Source: Candidatus Hydrogenedentota bacterium
GTDB lineage: Bacteria; Hydrogenedentota; Hydrogenedentia; Hydrogenedentales; SLHB01
Assembly (NCBI GenBank): GCA_963745075.1
Contig: CAVUWV010000036.1
Location: forward strand, 96,001-160,000
DNA: 64,000 bases
Reading direction: 5' to 3'
The notes beneath the pieces were generated by a model. It saw nothing but the letters and a program-made list of their open reading frames with translations, made no database searches and was not told the origin of the DNA. The position numbers and the translations under genes were made by a program. Of the stretch, positions 8,901 to 17,640 are shown in pieces. Position 1 is the stretch's first letter. Each line of letters begins with the position of its first letter.

Positions 8901-10309
8901 GATTCTTCATCCTTCGCCAAGTGCAGCCGCCGCGCCATGCGCGAGGACAAGATCCCCTGCGGATCCAGTCTGTGCCGCTCCTTCCGGAATTCTCCCACGC
9001 GCGGATACATGGCCGCGAATGCCTCCGCGTTCATGCACATATCCTTGGCAAGATACAGACGCCCTCCGTACTCGAGCACGAGCCGGTCGCACTCCGCCAG
9101 GAAGGCCAGCAACCCTTCCCGAATCGGAATGTCCAGCGTCAGCGTGTACCCTTCAAAGGGATACGACAAGAGCCCCGGCCCTTGCGGTCCGAATCGCTTC
9201 AGCACGGCCAGGAACGACGCGCACGAGGCCGCGCTGAGCCGTTCCAGCAAGTTGATTAGACCCTCCTCCCGGCCCGTGGGAAACGTCGCCTGATACTGCG
9301 TGAATCCGCGCTTCCCGTAAATGCGGTTCCAGTTGTGGACCGCGTCGAGCGGGTAGAAGTACGAGTCGTAATCGATGATTTTTCCGTCCGACGACGGATG
9401 GGCCGCGTAAAAAAACGCGTTGAACGTCTTGATGCTCAACGGATTCAACACGATCCCCGGAAAATCGAAAGGAACCCCGGGCTTCTTGCGGGCGCGCGCA
9501 CCAAACGGGTCGTTAGTAACGGCCGGCAGTGCATCCGCCGCCGCGTGTTCGCCGAGCATCAGAACCGAACGCCCAAGGCTCTTGCCTTTCGCCAGACAAT
9601 CCACCCACGCCACCGAATACTGGTAGTCCGCATCCGTCTCGCGGATCGTATCCAGCGTCTCATGGATGTTTTTCAGACGCCGGTAATCGACCTTCATATA
9701 CGCACTCTCGACGCGTTGCAGCCGCACCTTCGCCGTGAGAATCACTCCTGTCAACCCGATACCGCCCACGGTGGCCCAAAACACCCCCGGTTCCACATCG
9801 GCCGAACACACGATTCGTTGTCCAGTCGGCGTCAAGAGCGTCAGCTCGAGGACGTGCGCGCTGAACGTACCGTCGCGATGGTGATTCTTCCCATGCACGT
9901 CGTTGGCGATCGCACCGCCCACCGTGACGTACTTCGTGCCCGGAGTCACCGGTAGAAACCACCCCCGCGGGAGGAATACTTCGAGGATTTCCGCGAGACT
10001 GACGCCCCCTTCGCACTCCAGAACGCCGGCGTCATCGGCAAAGGCCAACATCCGGTTCAACCGGACCGTCGAGAGCACACCGCCCCCGCCGTTTACCGCC
10101 GTATCGCCGTAGCTGCGGCCCAACCCCCGCGCGATGTAGTGCGGTTGTTGGTCCGACTCCAGGATTTCGGCGACCGTCCGGCGCTTTTCCGGCCGGAACA
10201 CGGCGCATTTCTCCGCCGGATATCGGCCCCAACCGGATAGGTTTTGTGTCGACGACGGAATCAATGCATACCCCACATTTCGCGAAACGGATCGAATTAT
10301 AGAACCCAC
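8897..10309 (-). CDS. FAD-binding oxidoreductase, DprE1-like (true start probably nearer 10265)
   Basis: LSGWG, IARGLGRSYGD, PVTPGTKYVTVGGAIANDVHGKNHH, GGRLYLAKD. Confidence 0.9.
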   Translation of the reverse strand: MGSIIRSVSRNVGYALIPSSTQNLSGWGRYPAEKCAVFRPEKRRTVAEILESDQQPHYIARGLGRSYGDTAVNGGGGVLSTVRLNRMLAFADDAGVLECEGGVSLAEILEVFLPRGWFLPVTPGTKYVTVGGAIANDVHGKNHHRDGTFSAHVLELTLLTPTGQRIVCSADVEPGVFWATVGGIGLTGVILTAKVRLQRVESAYMKVDYRRLKNIHETLDTIRETDADYQYSVAWVDCLAKGKSLGRSVLMLGEHAAADALPAVTNDPFGARARKKPGVPFDFPGIVLNPLSIKTFNAFFYAAHPSSDGKIIDYDSYFYPLDAVHNWNRIYGKRGFTQYQATFPTGREEGLINLLERLSAASCASFLAVLKRFGPQGPGLLSYPFEGYTLTLDIPIREGLLAFLAECDRLVLEYGGRLYLAKDMCMNAEAFAAMYPRVGEFRKERHRLDPQGILSSRMARRLHLAKDEES

Positions 10310-10350
10310 GGATCGAGGGTTACAACGGTATCACGCGGACGGCGTGCCCC

Positions 10351-10800
10351 CTATGATAGTCCCATCGATTGGTCGGGCAGCGGAGGCAGGGGAGCGCCGC
10401 GGCCGAATAGCTGCTTTACCGATTCGCGCGACAACACCACCAGGGTGAATATACCCAGGATCGTGCCAAAGGGAAACGACAAACATTCCAACGCCCCGAT
10501 TACCATGCAGAAAACATAGTGCGTTTGACGCGCCAGGAATCGACCGGCCAGGAACAGACAAAGCGCAACCGCAACGCCCAGAAAAAGGAAAACAGCGGCC
10601 ACCAGGACGAACACGACAGCCAAGGTTTGCGCCTGCTCCACATCACCTTCCATCTCTTGCGCGAATTCGGGAGATATCAGTATCACCAGACCCAGCGCCA
10701 TATACAGCACCGGAAACAACGACGCCACCATCGTCAACCCGGCACAAACGTAGTGAAAAATAGACAGCAGTTTCAGATGATCCAGGTCTTCCTTTCGCAT
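10351..10800 (-). CDS. Hypothetical membrane protein (3-4 TM)
   Basis: DHLKLLSIFHYV, hydrophobic helices, FPFGTILG...LSRESVK; GGAGG RBS. Confidence 0.75.
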   Translation of the reverse strand: MRKEDLDHLKLLSIFHYVCAGLTMVASLFPVLYMALGLVILISPEFAQEMEGDVEQAQTLAVVFVLVAAVFLFLGVAVALCLFLAGRFLARQTHYVFCMVIGALECLSFPFGTILGIFTLVVLSRESVKQLFGRGAPLPPLPDQSMGLS

Positions 10801-10956
10801 GCCCAGTTCCTCCCCTGGCGGTGACCCCGCAGCTTTACTGTACCCGCGTTGATGCCTCGATTGCCATTGTCCGGGCAAATCCGTTGTTCGCCCCTTCTCC
10901 TCGTGCTACACTCTCTTGATACGGAACGCTGTCGTGGATCGCTGGAGTAGTTCGCC

Positions 10957-12048
10957 GTGAAGGATATCAAGAACGTTCGATGGGCTCGCTGGATGTGTTT
11001 CGCCGTCGTGCTGAGCGTCGGCTGCGGCTATATCGCGGACAAAGACCGCATCAAGATCGCCCGCGTAGACGGCGACTACATCACCCGGGGTGATCTCGAA
11101 CAGGCTATCCGCACCATGTCGGCCGACGAGCGGCCCATCATCCGGACCAAGGGCGACGTGCGCCGGGCCCTCGAGAATCTCATCGATAAACAAATCAAAG
11201 ACGAACTGGCCGACGGGATGCGCAAAGAGGGCAAGATTCACGTGGACCGGGAACTCGCCCGGCAGATCACCATAGCGAAGCACCCCGAACAATTCGTCGA
11301 TATCAAGAACCCGGAAGATTACGGCCAGGAAGAGGGCTCGGAGCAATACAGGAAACAGGAGCAAGAGTACCTCATTGACGACGAGGTGCACCGGCTCGAA
11401 GCCGAGCAGGCCGTATACTTGAAGATCAAGGAAGCCGTGGAAAATGGCACGCTCAAGCCCACGGAACAGGAGTACCAGCAGGAATACGACCTGCGCAAAG
11501 AAGATCTGAAACATCCCGAGCGCATCGCTATTTCCGGCCTCCTCATCCCCGGCTCCGGGGAAGCCAGTGTCGGTGCGGCATCCGCCGTGCGCGGCCGCTT
11601 GGCTACCGGCGAATCCGCCGAAGATATCGCAAGCGAGATGCGCAACGTGAATGCAAGCGTGATTGAGTCCGCTCTGGAAAACAGCGGCAACGCCAAGTAT
11701 GCCGGTTTCTGGCAGCAGGCTTCCGGCGCGCAGAAGGGCGACATTCTCGGCCCCATCTACGTGACCGGTTGGGAGGCCATCCGACAAAACGCGCAGGGCC
11801 AGAGCGTCGCGCAACGACTACCCGACGGCGTGCTCGTTTGCAGAGTCACCGATTATACGCCCCCCGTACAGATGACCTTGGAAGAAGCCAAACCGGAACT
11901 CGACCGCGACATCCTCTACGCCAAAATGATGGACCTGCTACGCAAAGAGCACGGCGTGGAAATCTACGACGACAACCTGCCCGATCCGTCCATGTACGAA
12001 ACGGGTCAGTCGGTCATCCTCCAGCAACAGCGCAACATGGGCCAGTAA
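10957..12048 (+). CDS. SurA/PrsA-like parvulin chaperone lipoprotein
   Basis: Lipobox SVGC; IARVDGDYITRGDL, ALENLID, degenerate PPIase segment, MTLEEAK. Confidence 0.65.
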   Translation: MKDIKNVRWARWMCFAVVLSVGCGYIADKDRIKIARVDGDYITRGDLEQAIRTMSADERPIIRTKGDVRRALENLIDKQIKDELADGMRKEGKIHVDRELARQITIAKHPEQFVDIKNPEDYGQEEGSEQYRKQEQEYLIDDEVHRLEAEQAVYLKIKEAVENGTLKPTEQEYQQEYDLRKEDLKHPERIAISGLLIPGSGEASVGAASAVRGRLATGESAEDIASEMRNVNASVIESALENSGNAKYAGFWQQASGAQKGDILGPIYVTGWEAIRQNAQGQSVAQRLPDGVLVCRVTDYTPPVQMTLEEAKPELDRDILYAKMMDLLRKEHGVEIYDDNLPDPSMYETGQSVILQQQRNMGQ

Positions 12049-12096
12049 TGGCACGAACCGGCAAAAACCTCGCCGTAATTCCCAATTCGTAATGGC

Positions 12097-13605
12097 TCAC
12101 GTCGCCGCCCTTGCGGCCGCCGTGGGCGGACGCAACGGGCGTTGCGCCGCCGGTTCGGCCTGCGCTGCCGCCTGTGTGCGCCTTTCCTGAATGTAGTTTT
12201 CGATGGCGATCGTGCGGCTGATATTCGCCAACGCGATGATGAACCAGTAGGGCTCCATGATGCGCACGATGAGAAACGAGATCGTGCCCAGGGAGTGGAC
12301 GATAAGCGCAAGGGTCGTCACGAACGCGCCCAGCGACACGCCGCGCGCGACCCAGTCCGTCGACCAGAGATACCCCTCCCGCGTCGTTTTGAGCAGGCGC
12401 ATCTGTAGAAAGACGAACGCGATAAATCCGATAATCCCGCTTTCGATCAGGACCCGGGCATACTGACTGTCGAGGACCCGGTCCCACGACACACCACCCC
12501 CGAACCACGGCCAAATCCGGAGATTGTACCGCACCTTCTGCCATACGTAGAGCCGTTCGTGCGTCGACTTATCCACCTGCAGCCCGGTGTCATATTCCCC
12601 GATGGCCACCTCCTGGCCGCTGCCTCGTTGAAACGTGTAGTTGACTCGATCCTTCACGTCATCCGGCATGATAAAGGGCGAGGCGATCAGCACCACCATC
12701 ACCGCCACGATGATGGATGGCTTTCGCGACGCAAGTCCCAATACCACCAACCCCGCGATAAACGCGATATACGACGCACGCGACAAGGTGAACAGGAACG
12801 GGAAGAACGCGACCAGAGCGAGACACAGCATCCCCCGCCGCAGCCCTTTGGTCGGCGCTTGGGTATACAGCGCCGCTGCGATGCACATCACCATCACCAG
12901 GTAGCCGCCCAGTGTGTTCGGCTCGGTCCCGCCCTTCTCAAAGGGCGTGCTGACGCGTTCCATCCCGCTGACGAATCGCGTGTAAAGCCCAAACAACGAC
13001 ACGATCATCGCCACGACAAAGAACACGCCTAGCTGTTGCCGCATCTGTTTCACATTCCGAATCGAATTACCCACAAGCACGAAGATCATGTAGAACTCGG
13101 CCATCTTGAGCATCGTAAACAGCGCTTCCTTCTTGTCGAAAAGCGGAATGGAAGCTCGATAGGCCAGCATGGTCGAAAACAAACAGACTCCGTAATAGGC
13201 GGTGATTCCCGGATTGATCGGACTGGGCAGCCAGAGCGATTTGCGCCCTTCAAAGGCAAGTTTTACCAGCGCACCGACAAAGACTACGATAATCAGACCG
13301 TCGTTGTACCGCAGGTTGAGCATGCGATTGCCCATGCCCACCTTGCCCGCTTCGATTTCGGGCGACAGAAGCATGGCCACGATCAGGAAAAAGACCCCCA
13401 GCTCCACCCGCAGGATCGTCAAACCGAAGATCAGCAGGCTCACACCAACGGCGATCGTGATCGTCAGGTTCTGGAAAACACTGTGAAGGACCAGCAGCCC
13501 GATGGCCGACAACAGCATGAACCCGACAAAGAACGGAAACTCGACGCTACTTTCCGCAATTTCACCGCGGCCGACACCGTACTGGGAACGCTGAAACAGG
13601 GCCAC
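12097..13605 (-). CDS. O-antigen ligase / Wzy polymerase family membrane protein
   Basis: About 12 TM; EPNTLGGYL, FTLSRASYIA, PWFGGG, LDSQYARVLIESGIIG; GTG start at 13605 with GGAG RBS. Confidence 0.85.
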   Translation of the reverse strand: MALFQRSQYGVGRGEIAESSVEFPFFVGFMLLSAIGLLVLHSVFQNLTITIAVGVSLLIFGLTILRVELGVFFLIVAMLLSPEIEAGKVGMGNRMLNLRYNDGLIIVVFVGALVKLAFEGRKSLWLPSPINPGITAYYGVCLFSTMLAYRASIPLFDKKEALFTMLKMAEFYMIFVLVGNSIRNVKQMRQQLGVFFVVAMIVSLFGLYTRFVSGMERVSTPFEKGGTEPNTLGGYLVMVMCIAAALYTQAPTKGLRRGMLCLALVAFFPFLFTLSRASYIAFIAGLVVLGLASRKPSIIVAVMVVLIASPFIMPDDVKDRVNYTFQRGSGQEVAIGEYDTGLQVDKSTHERLYVWQKVRYNLRIWPWFGGGVSWDRVLDSQYARVLIESGIIGFIAFVFLQMRLLKTTREGYLWSTDWVARGVSLGAFVTTLALIVHSLGTISFLIVRIMEPYWFIIALANISRTIAIENYIQERRTQAAAQAEPAAQRPLRPPTAAARAAT

Positions 13606-13627
13606 CGTTAGGGTCTCCGATAGGAAC

Positions 13628-13804
13628 AAATCCGAAATCCAGAATCCAAAATCCAAAACAATTTCAAATGTTCAAATTTCCGAATTGCGAAAACATCCGT
13701 CGCGGTGACGGTTCCGTCACGGTGCAGAACCCAACTGGTCTTGGTCATTCTAGTTTCGGTCATTTGATTTTGTTTCGGATTTCAAGACTCGATATTCGAG
13801 CTTT
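13628..13804. repeat. Heptamer-repeat (AAATCCA/G) inverted element between wzc and wzy-like genes
   Basis: AAATCCG AAATCCA GAATCCA AAATCCA on the left; complementary degenerate arm TTTGTTTCGGATTTC...GATATTCGAGCTTT on the right; AT-rich. Confidence 0.7.
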
Positions 13805-13873
13805 GTGGCCGTTTCCCGTGATGGTGTCGTCACCCGTCATAGGCGAGCGAGACGGACATCAACCCCGGTTCAT

Positions 13874-16117
13874 TCAAAAATAATACCACCGCTTGGGTTT
13901 TTCCGATGCGGAATCGTCGTAGTAGTAATAGTAGTAGTAATAATGGCGCCGCGTGGCCTTCAGATTGTTCAGCACCACCCCGGCGATATTGGCCCGCGCC
14001 GTCTCCAACAGCTTCTTGCCCCGGATAACCGTCTCGCGCCGCGCGTGGTCGGCCGACACCACATGGACGACCGTATCCACTTCCGTCGCCAACAGCACCG
14101 GATCGGTCACGACCAACATAGACGGCGCGTCGCAAATCACCAGATCGAATTCACTGCCCAATTGTTCCAGCAGCTTCCGCATGCGATCGGACCCGATCAG
14201 TTCCGACGGGTTGGGCGGGACCCGCCCGCTGGAAATAATCCACAGGTTCTCGACCCGGGTCGGCCGAATGACCGTGTGCACGTCGTATCCTTCACGGAGC
14301 ACGTCCGCCAGCCCCGGCCCGCGTTCCATCCGCAAGACGTGGTGCACGTGAGGGCGCCGCAGGTCCGTATCGATGACGAGCACGCGCAACCCGCTGTCCG
14401 CAAACGTGACGGCCATGTTCACCGCCGTTGTCGTCTTGCCTTCCGCGGGCACGGAACTGGTCACCATGATCGTCTTGGGCTTCTCGTGGATCGTCGCCAA
14501 TTGGAACGTCGTACGCAAGGTCCGGTACGCTTCCGAAATCGGCGATTTCGGATCGTGCTGCGTTACAATGCAGGCATCCACCTGCCCTTCGTCGCTCATC
14601 ACCACGTAATCCCCGCCGCGGCGGACCTTCTGCTTTCCGAACCGCATCTGAGGGATCGTGCCGATCACGTCCAGCCCGATGTACTCCGTCACGTCTTCAA
14701 TCGACCGGATGGACGTGTCGTTCATTTCCGCCATCACGGCCAACCCGAACCCGATCACCAGCCCCACAAACGCACCGATGATGAAGTTCATCCACGGCTT
14801 GACCTGCTGCTCGACCGGCACTGCGCTGGCCGTCGCCACGCTTTGCCGCTCCACGTAGCCCTGCTCCCGGTTCAATCCCGTTGCGATCTCGAGCCGCTTG
14901 TCGAGCAGGGTGTTGAATTGACGCCGCAACTGATCGGCCTCGCGAACTAGGTTCTGGTATTCCTTGTCTTTGTCCGACAACGACGGAATGATCTGCTCCA
15001 GTTCCTTGATCAGGCGACGGTTGGTGGAACTCTGAATGTCGAGCGACGTGAGCTGCAGTTGCAGCGAGAGGTATTGATTCCGTAATTGCTTCCGATCCTG
15101 CAAAAGGTTCATGCCGGACGTCACCCCTTCGTCCACCTCCTGCATGGCCTGCAAAATCGCCTGCTCCTTCTCTTCGATACGGGCCTGGAGATCGCGCAAC
15201 GGACCCTGGTGCGGCTGCCATATCACCGAAAGCTGAATTCGCTGCCGTTGCAGTTCGTTCAGTTCCCCAAGCAGTCCCGTCACCACGTCGTCGGAAATCT
15301 GCCCAATGGACAGCGGAAGCTGTTCGTTCTTCGCGGCGAGCTGATCCTCGATGCCGCCCATCTTAGCCCGGATTTCTTCCTGCTGCGTTTCGGCGTTTGT
15401 CACTTCGCGGGCGAGCGACTGGATCTCGTTGACTACCTCGTCCTTCGTCCGGAACCCCATGCTCTTCCGGAACTCCCACAGCTTGCCGTCCGCCTCGTCG
15501 AGATCCTGGCGAACGTCGTCCAACTTTTGCAGCACGAAGCTGTGCGTCTCTTCCTCTTCTTCCAGCAGAAATTCCCGGTTCCGATCGATAAACACCCGCG
15601 CGCCAAATTCCGCGATCCGCTTGGCCTCCGCCTGGCTCGAAGCCGTCGTCGTGATCTGTATCATGCCCGCTTCCTGATTGGGCTCGATGCGCACGCGGCT
15701 CTCGATCTCCGCGACCTTCGCCAGAAACTCCTCTTCCGTCGAAACTCCGCCGCTCGGCAGACCGTCCGCGATCCCCTGCTGGATGAGTGCGCGGGTGAGA
15801 TCCTCGGCCACACCGTGACGGCTGACCCGCTCCACCAACGCCTGCGGCGTGTTCAGGAAAAGCGGTTTGGCCCCCACGTCTTTGAGCAGGCTTTTCTCCC
15901 AGGGAGACTGTTCCACCCGCAGTTGCGCCGATCCGACGAACTGGGGCTTCACATCGAAACTGAACAGACCGAAGATTCCGTACCCCACCGATGCCACCAA
16001 GGTGAACACGGCGATGAGACGCCACCGGCGCAGCCCCACGTTCAGGATATAGCGGAACTGGTTCTCGCGGGGCGCCTGGCCGGCCGCCTGCTCGAGGCCT
16101 GCAGTTTCCATTGCCAT
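13874..16117 (-). CDS. wzc: Polysaccharide co-polymerase / tyrosine autokinase (Wzc, PCP-2a)
   Basis: Two TM flanking coiled coil; SEAYRTLRT, Walker A SSVPAEGKTT, IDTDLRRP, VICDAP; C-terminal run of 8 Tyr. Confidence 0.95.
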   Translation of the reverse strand: MAMETAGLEQAAGQAPRENQFRYILNVGLRRWRLIAVFTLVASVGYGIFGLFSFDVKPQFVGSAQLRVEQSPWEKSLLKDVGAKPLFLNTPQALVERVSRHGVAEDLTRALIQQGIADGLPSGGVSTEEEFLAKVAEIESRVRIEPNQEAGMIQITTTASSQAEAKRIAEFGARVFIDRNREFLLEEEEETHSFVLQKLDDVRQDLDEADGKLWEFRKSMGFRTKDEVVNEIQSLAREVTNAETQQEEIRAKMGGIEDQLAAKNEQLPLSIGQISDDVVTGLLGELNELQRQRIQLSVIWQPHQGPLRDLQARIEEKEQAILQAMQEVDEGVTSGMNLLQDRKQLRNQYLSLQLQLTSLDIQSSTNRRLIKELEQIIPSLSDKDKEYQNLVREADQLRRQFNTLLDKRLEIATGLNREQGYVERQSVATASAVPVEQQVKPWMNFIIGAFVGLVIGFGLAVMAEMNDTSIRSIEDVTEYIGLDVIGTIPQMRFGKQKVRRGGDYVVMSDEGQVDACIVTQHDPKSPISEAYRTLRTTFQLATIHEKPKTIMVTSSVPAEGKTTTAVNMAVTFADSGLRVLVIDTDLRRPHVHHVLRMERGPGLADVLREGYDVHTVIRPTRVENLWIISSGRVPPNPSELIGSDRMRKLLEQLGSEFDLVICDAPSMLVVTDPVLLATEVDTVVHVVSADHARRETVIRGKKLLETARANIAGVVLNNLKATRRHYYYYYYYYDDSASEKPKRWYYF

Positions 16118-16122
16118 CCGAG

Positions 16123-17640
16123 TCAGTTTCTCCGGGATTCCGTCACGTCTTGCGGTTGTCGTATCGCGGGACCCACAATCTTCGAATTCGCCGTCACGTC
16201 CAGCATCCGATCCCACGTCACCGTCTCCGGGGACTCATGGACCGTCGGCGTCAGAAACATCATCAGCTCCGTCTGGGCATGCGACTTCTCCGTGTGCTTG
16301 AACAGATTGCCCAACAGCGGAACCTTACCCAACCCGGGCACCCGCTGCTCCACGTCCTGCAGATCGTTGCGGTAAATACCGCCCACGACCAGGGTCTGTC
16401 CGTCGCGCACGTTGGATTCGCCCTGGTATTTCCGTACGGATCGAATCGGAATTCCATTGCTGGACCCGGTGGGGGAAGAAACCTCCGGCTCGAACTCCAG
16501 TTTCACATAGGTCCCTTTGTCATCCTTGAGCACATGCGGCGTCACGGCCATCTTGATTCCCAAATCGAGAAAACGCACGGAGAAATTCTCCCGGCCCGAC
16601 GCCTCGATACCGAATTCCGTGTACGGAAATTCATCCACCATCGAAATCTCGGCCTTCTTATGGTTCACCGTGAGAATGTTCGGATTGGCCAGCAATTCAG
16701 CTTGGTTGTCCGCGACCAAGGCATCCAACAGCATCCCGAGATCGACTTGCTGGTTCATGAGCCCGAAAAACATCTGTCCCACTTTCGGGATTTGCGCGGG
16801 CACATTGAGCAGACGGTCAAAGGTCGTTCCGTCCACAAAGCTTCGCCCCCTGTCGTTGTTTTGGTTTCCGTTTCCATTTATCCCGCCAAAATTTTCGTTG
16901 TTCAGAGGGGATGCCGACTGTCCCTTCAAGGCGTTGATATTTGTGTCCTGGCTTGGCAATGGGTAATAGCCCCCGTTCACATCCGTTCCTTGGACGAACC
17001 AGCGAACGCCCAACTCTTTCATCGCGCCGGCCTTCACCTCTGCGATCTTCGCTTCGATGCGCACCTGCGTGAGTTGGCTCTGCATCTTGTCCAGTCGCGC
17101 CGTCACATTGAGAATGTTCTGAATCGCGTCCGGCGTATCCGTTATGATTAGACTGTTCGTATCCGGATCGTACGCAATACTACCGCCCGCGGACGTCATC
17201 CCCTGTAACGCCACGCTGAGCGTTTCCGCGTCCGCATTATTCAGCGGGAGAATCTCCGTCTTCATGTCCGGCATCCGGTAACCGCCGCCAATCTCCGGCG
17301 CCGTTCGCGACACGGTCACGCGCGGATTCTTCAACACCGACGAAAGGGCCGTGCGTATCCGCGCCGAGGCTTCGTTCTCCGACAAACCGGCGATGGTAAC
17401 GTTTCCGATGAACGGAAGCTGAATGTTTCCGTCGCTGTCGATTTGCGTCGTCGTCGACACTTCCGGCCGCCGGTAAACGTCGACGAAGACCAGTTCGCCG
17501 GGCTCCAAGACGCCCTTGGGCGCTGGAACGTCCTGTGTCGCCGCCGGCAATGCAGCCAGCACCGCCACCAGCCACACGATCCATTGTGGACCGGACCGGT
17601 CACGCAGTTGCGGTTCGCGTTCTCTCAGATGACGTATCAC
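16123..17640 (-). CDS. Fusion: Wza-type polysaccharide export domain + secretin N domain + secretin core
   Basis: LEPGELVFVDVY...IDSDGNIQLPFIGNVTIAGLS...NPRVTV; YDPDTNSLIITDT; QVRIEAKIAEV, ANPNILT, DGQTLVVGG, VPGLGKVPLLGNLFK, TELMMFLTPTV; GTGA overlap with upstream gene. Confidence 0.9.
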   Translation of the reverse strand: MIRHLREREPQLRDRSGPQWIVWLVAVLAALPAATQDVPAPKGVLEPGELVFVDVYRRPEVSTTTQIDSDGNIQLPFIGNVTIAGLSENEASARIRTALSSVLKNPRVTVSRTAPEIGGGYRMPDMKTEILPLNNADAETLSVALQGMTSAGGSIAYDPDTNSLIITDTPDAIQNILNVTARLDKMQSQLTQVRIEAKIAEVKAGAMKELGVRWFVQGTDVNGGYYPLPSQDTNINALKGQSASPLNNENFGGINGNGNQNNDRGRSFVDGTTFDRLLNVPAQIPKVGQMFFGLMNQQVDLGMLLDALVADNQAELLANPNILTVNHKKAEISMVDEFPYTEFGIEASGRENFSVRFLDLGIKMAVTPHVLKDDKGTYVKLEFEPEVSSPTGSSNGIPIRSVRKYQGESNVRDGQTLVVGGIYRNDLQDVEQRVPGLGKVPLLGNLFKHTEKSHAQTELMMFLTPTVHESPETVTWDRMLDVTANSKIVGPAIRQPQDVTESRRN

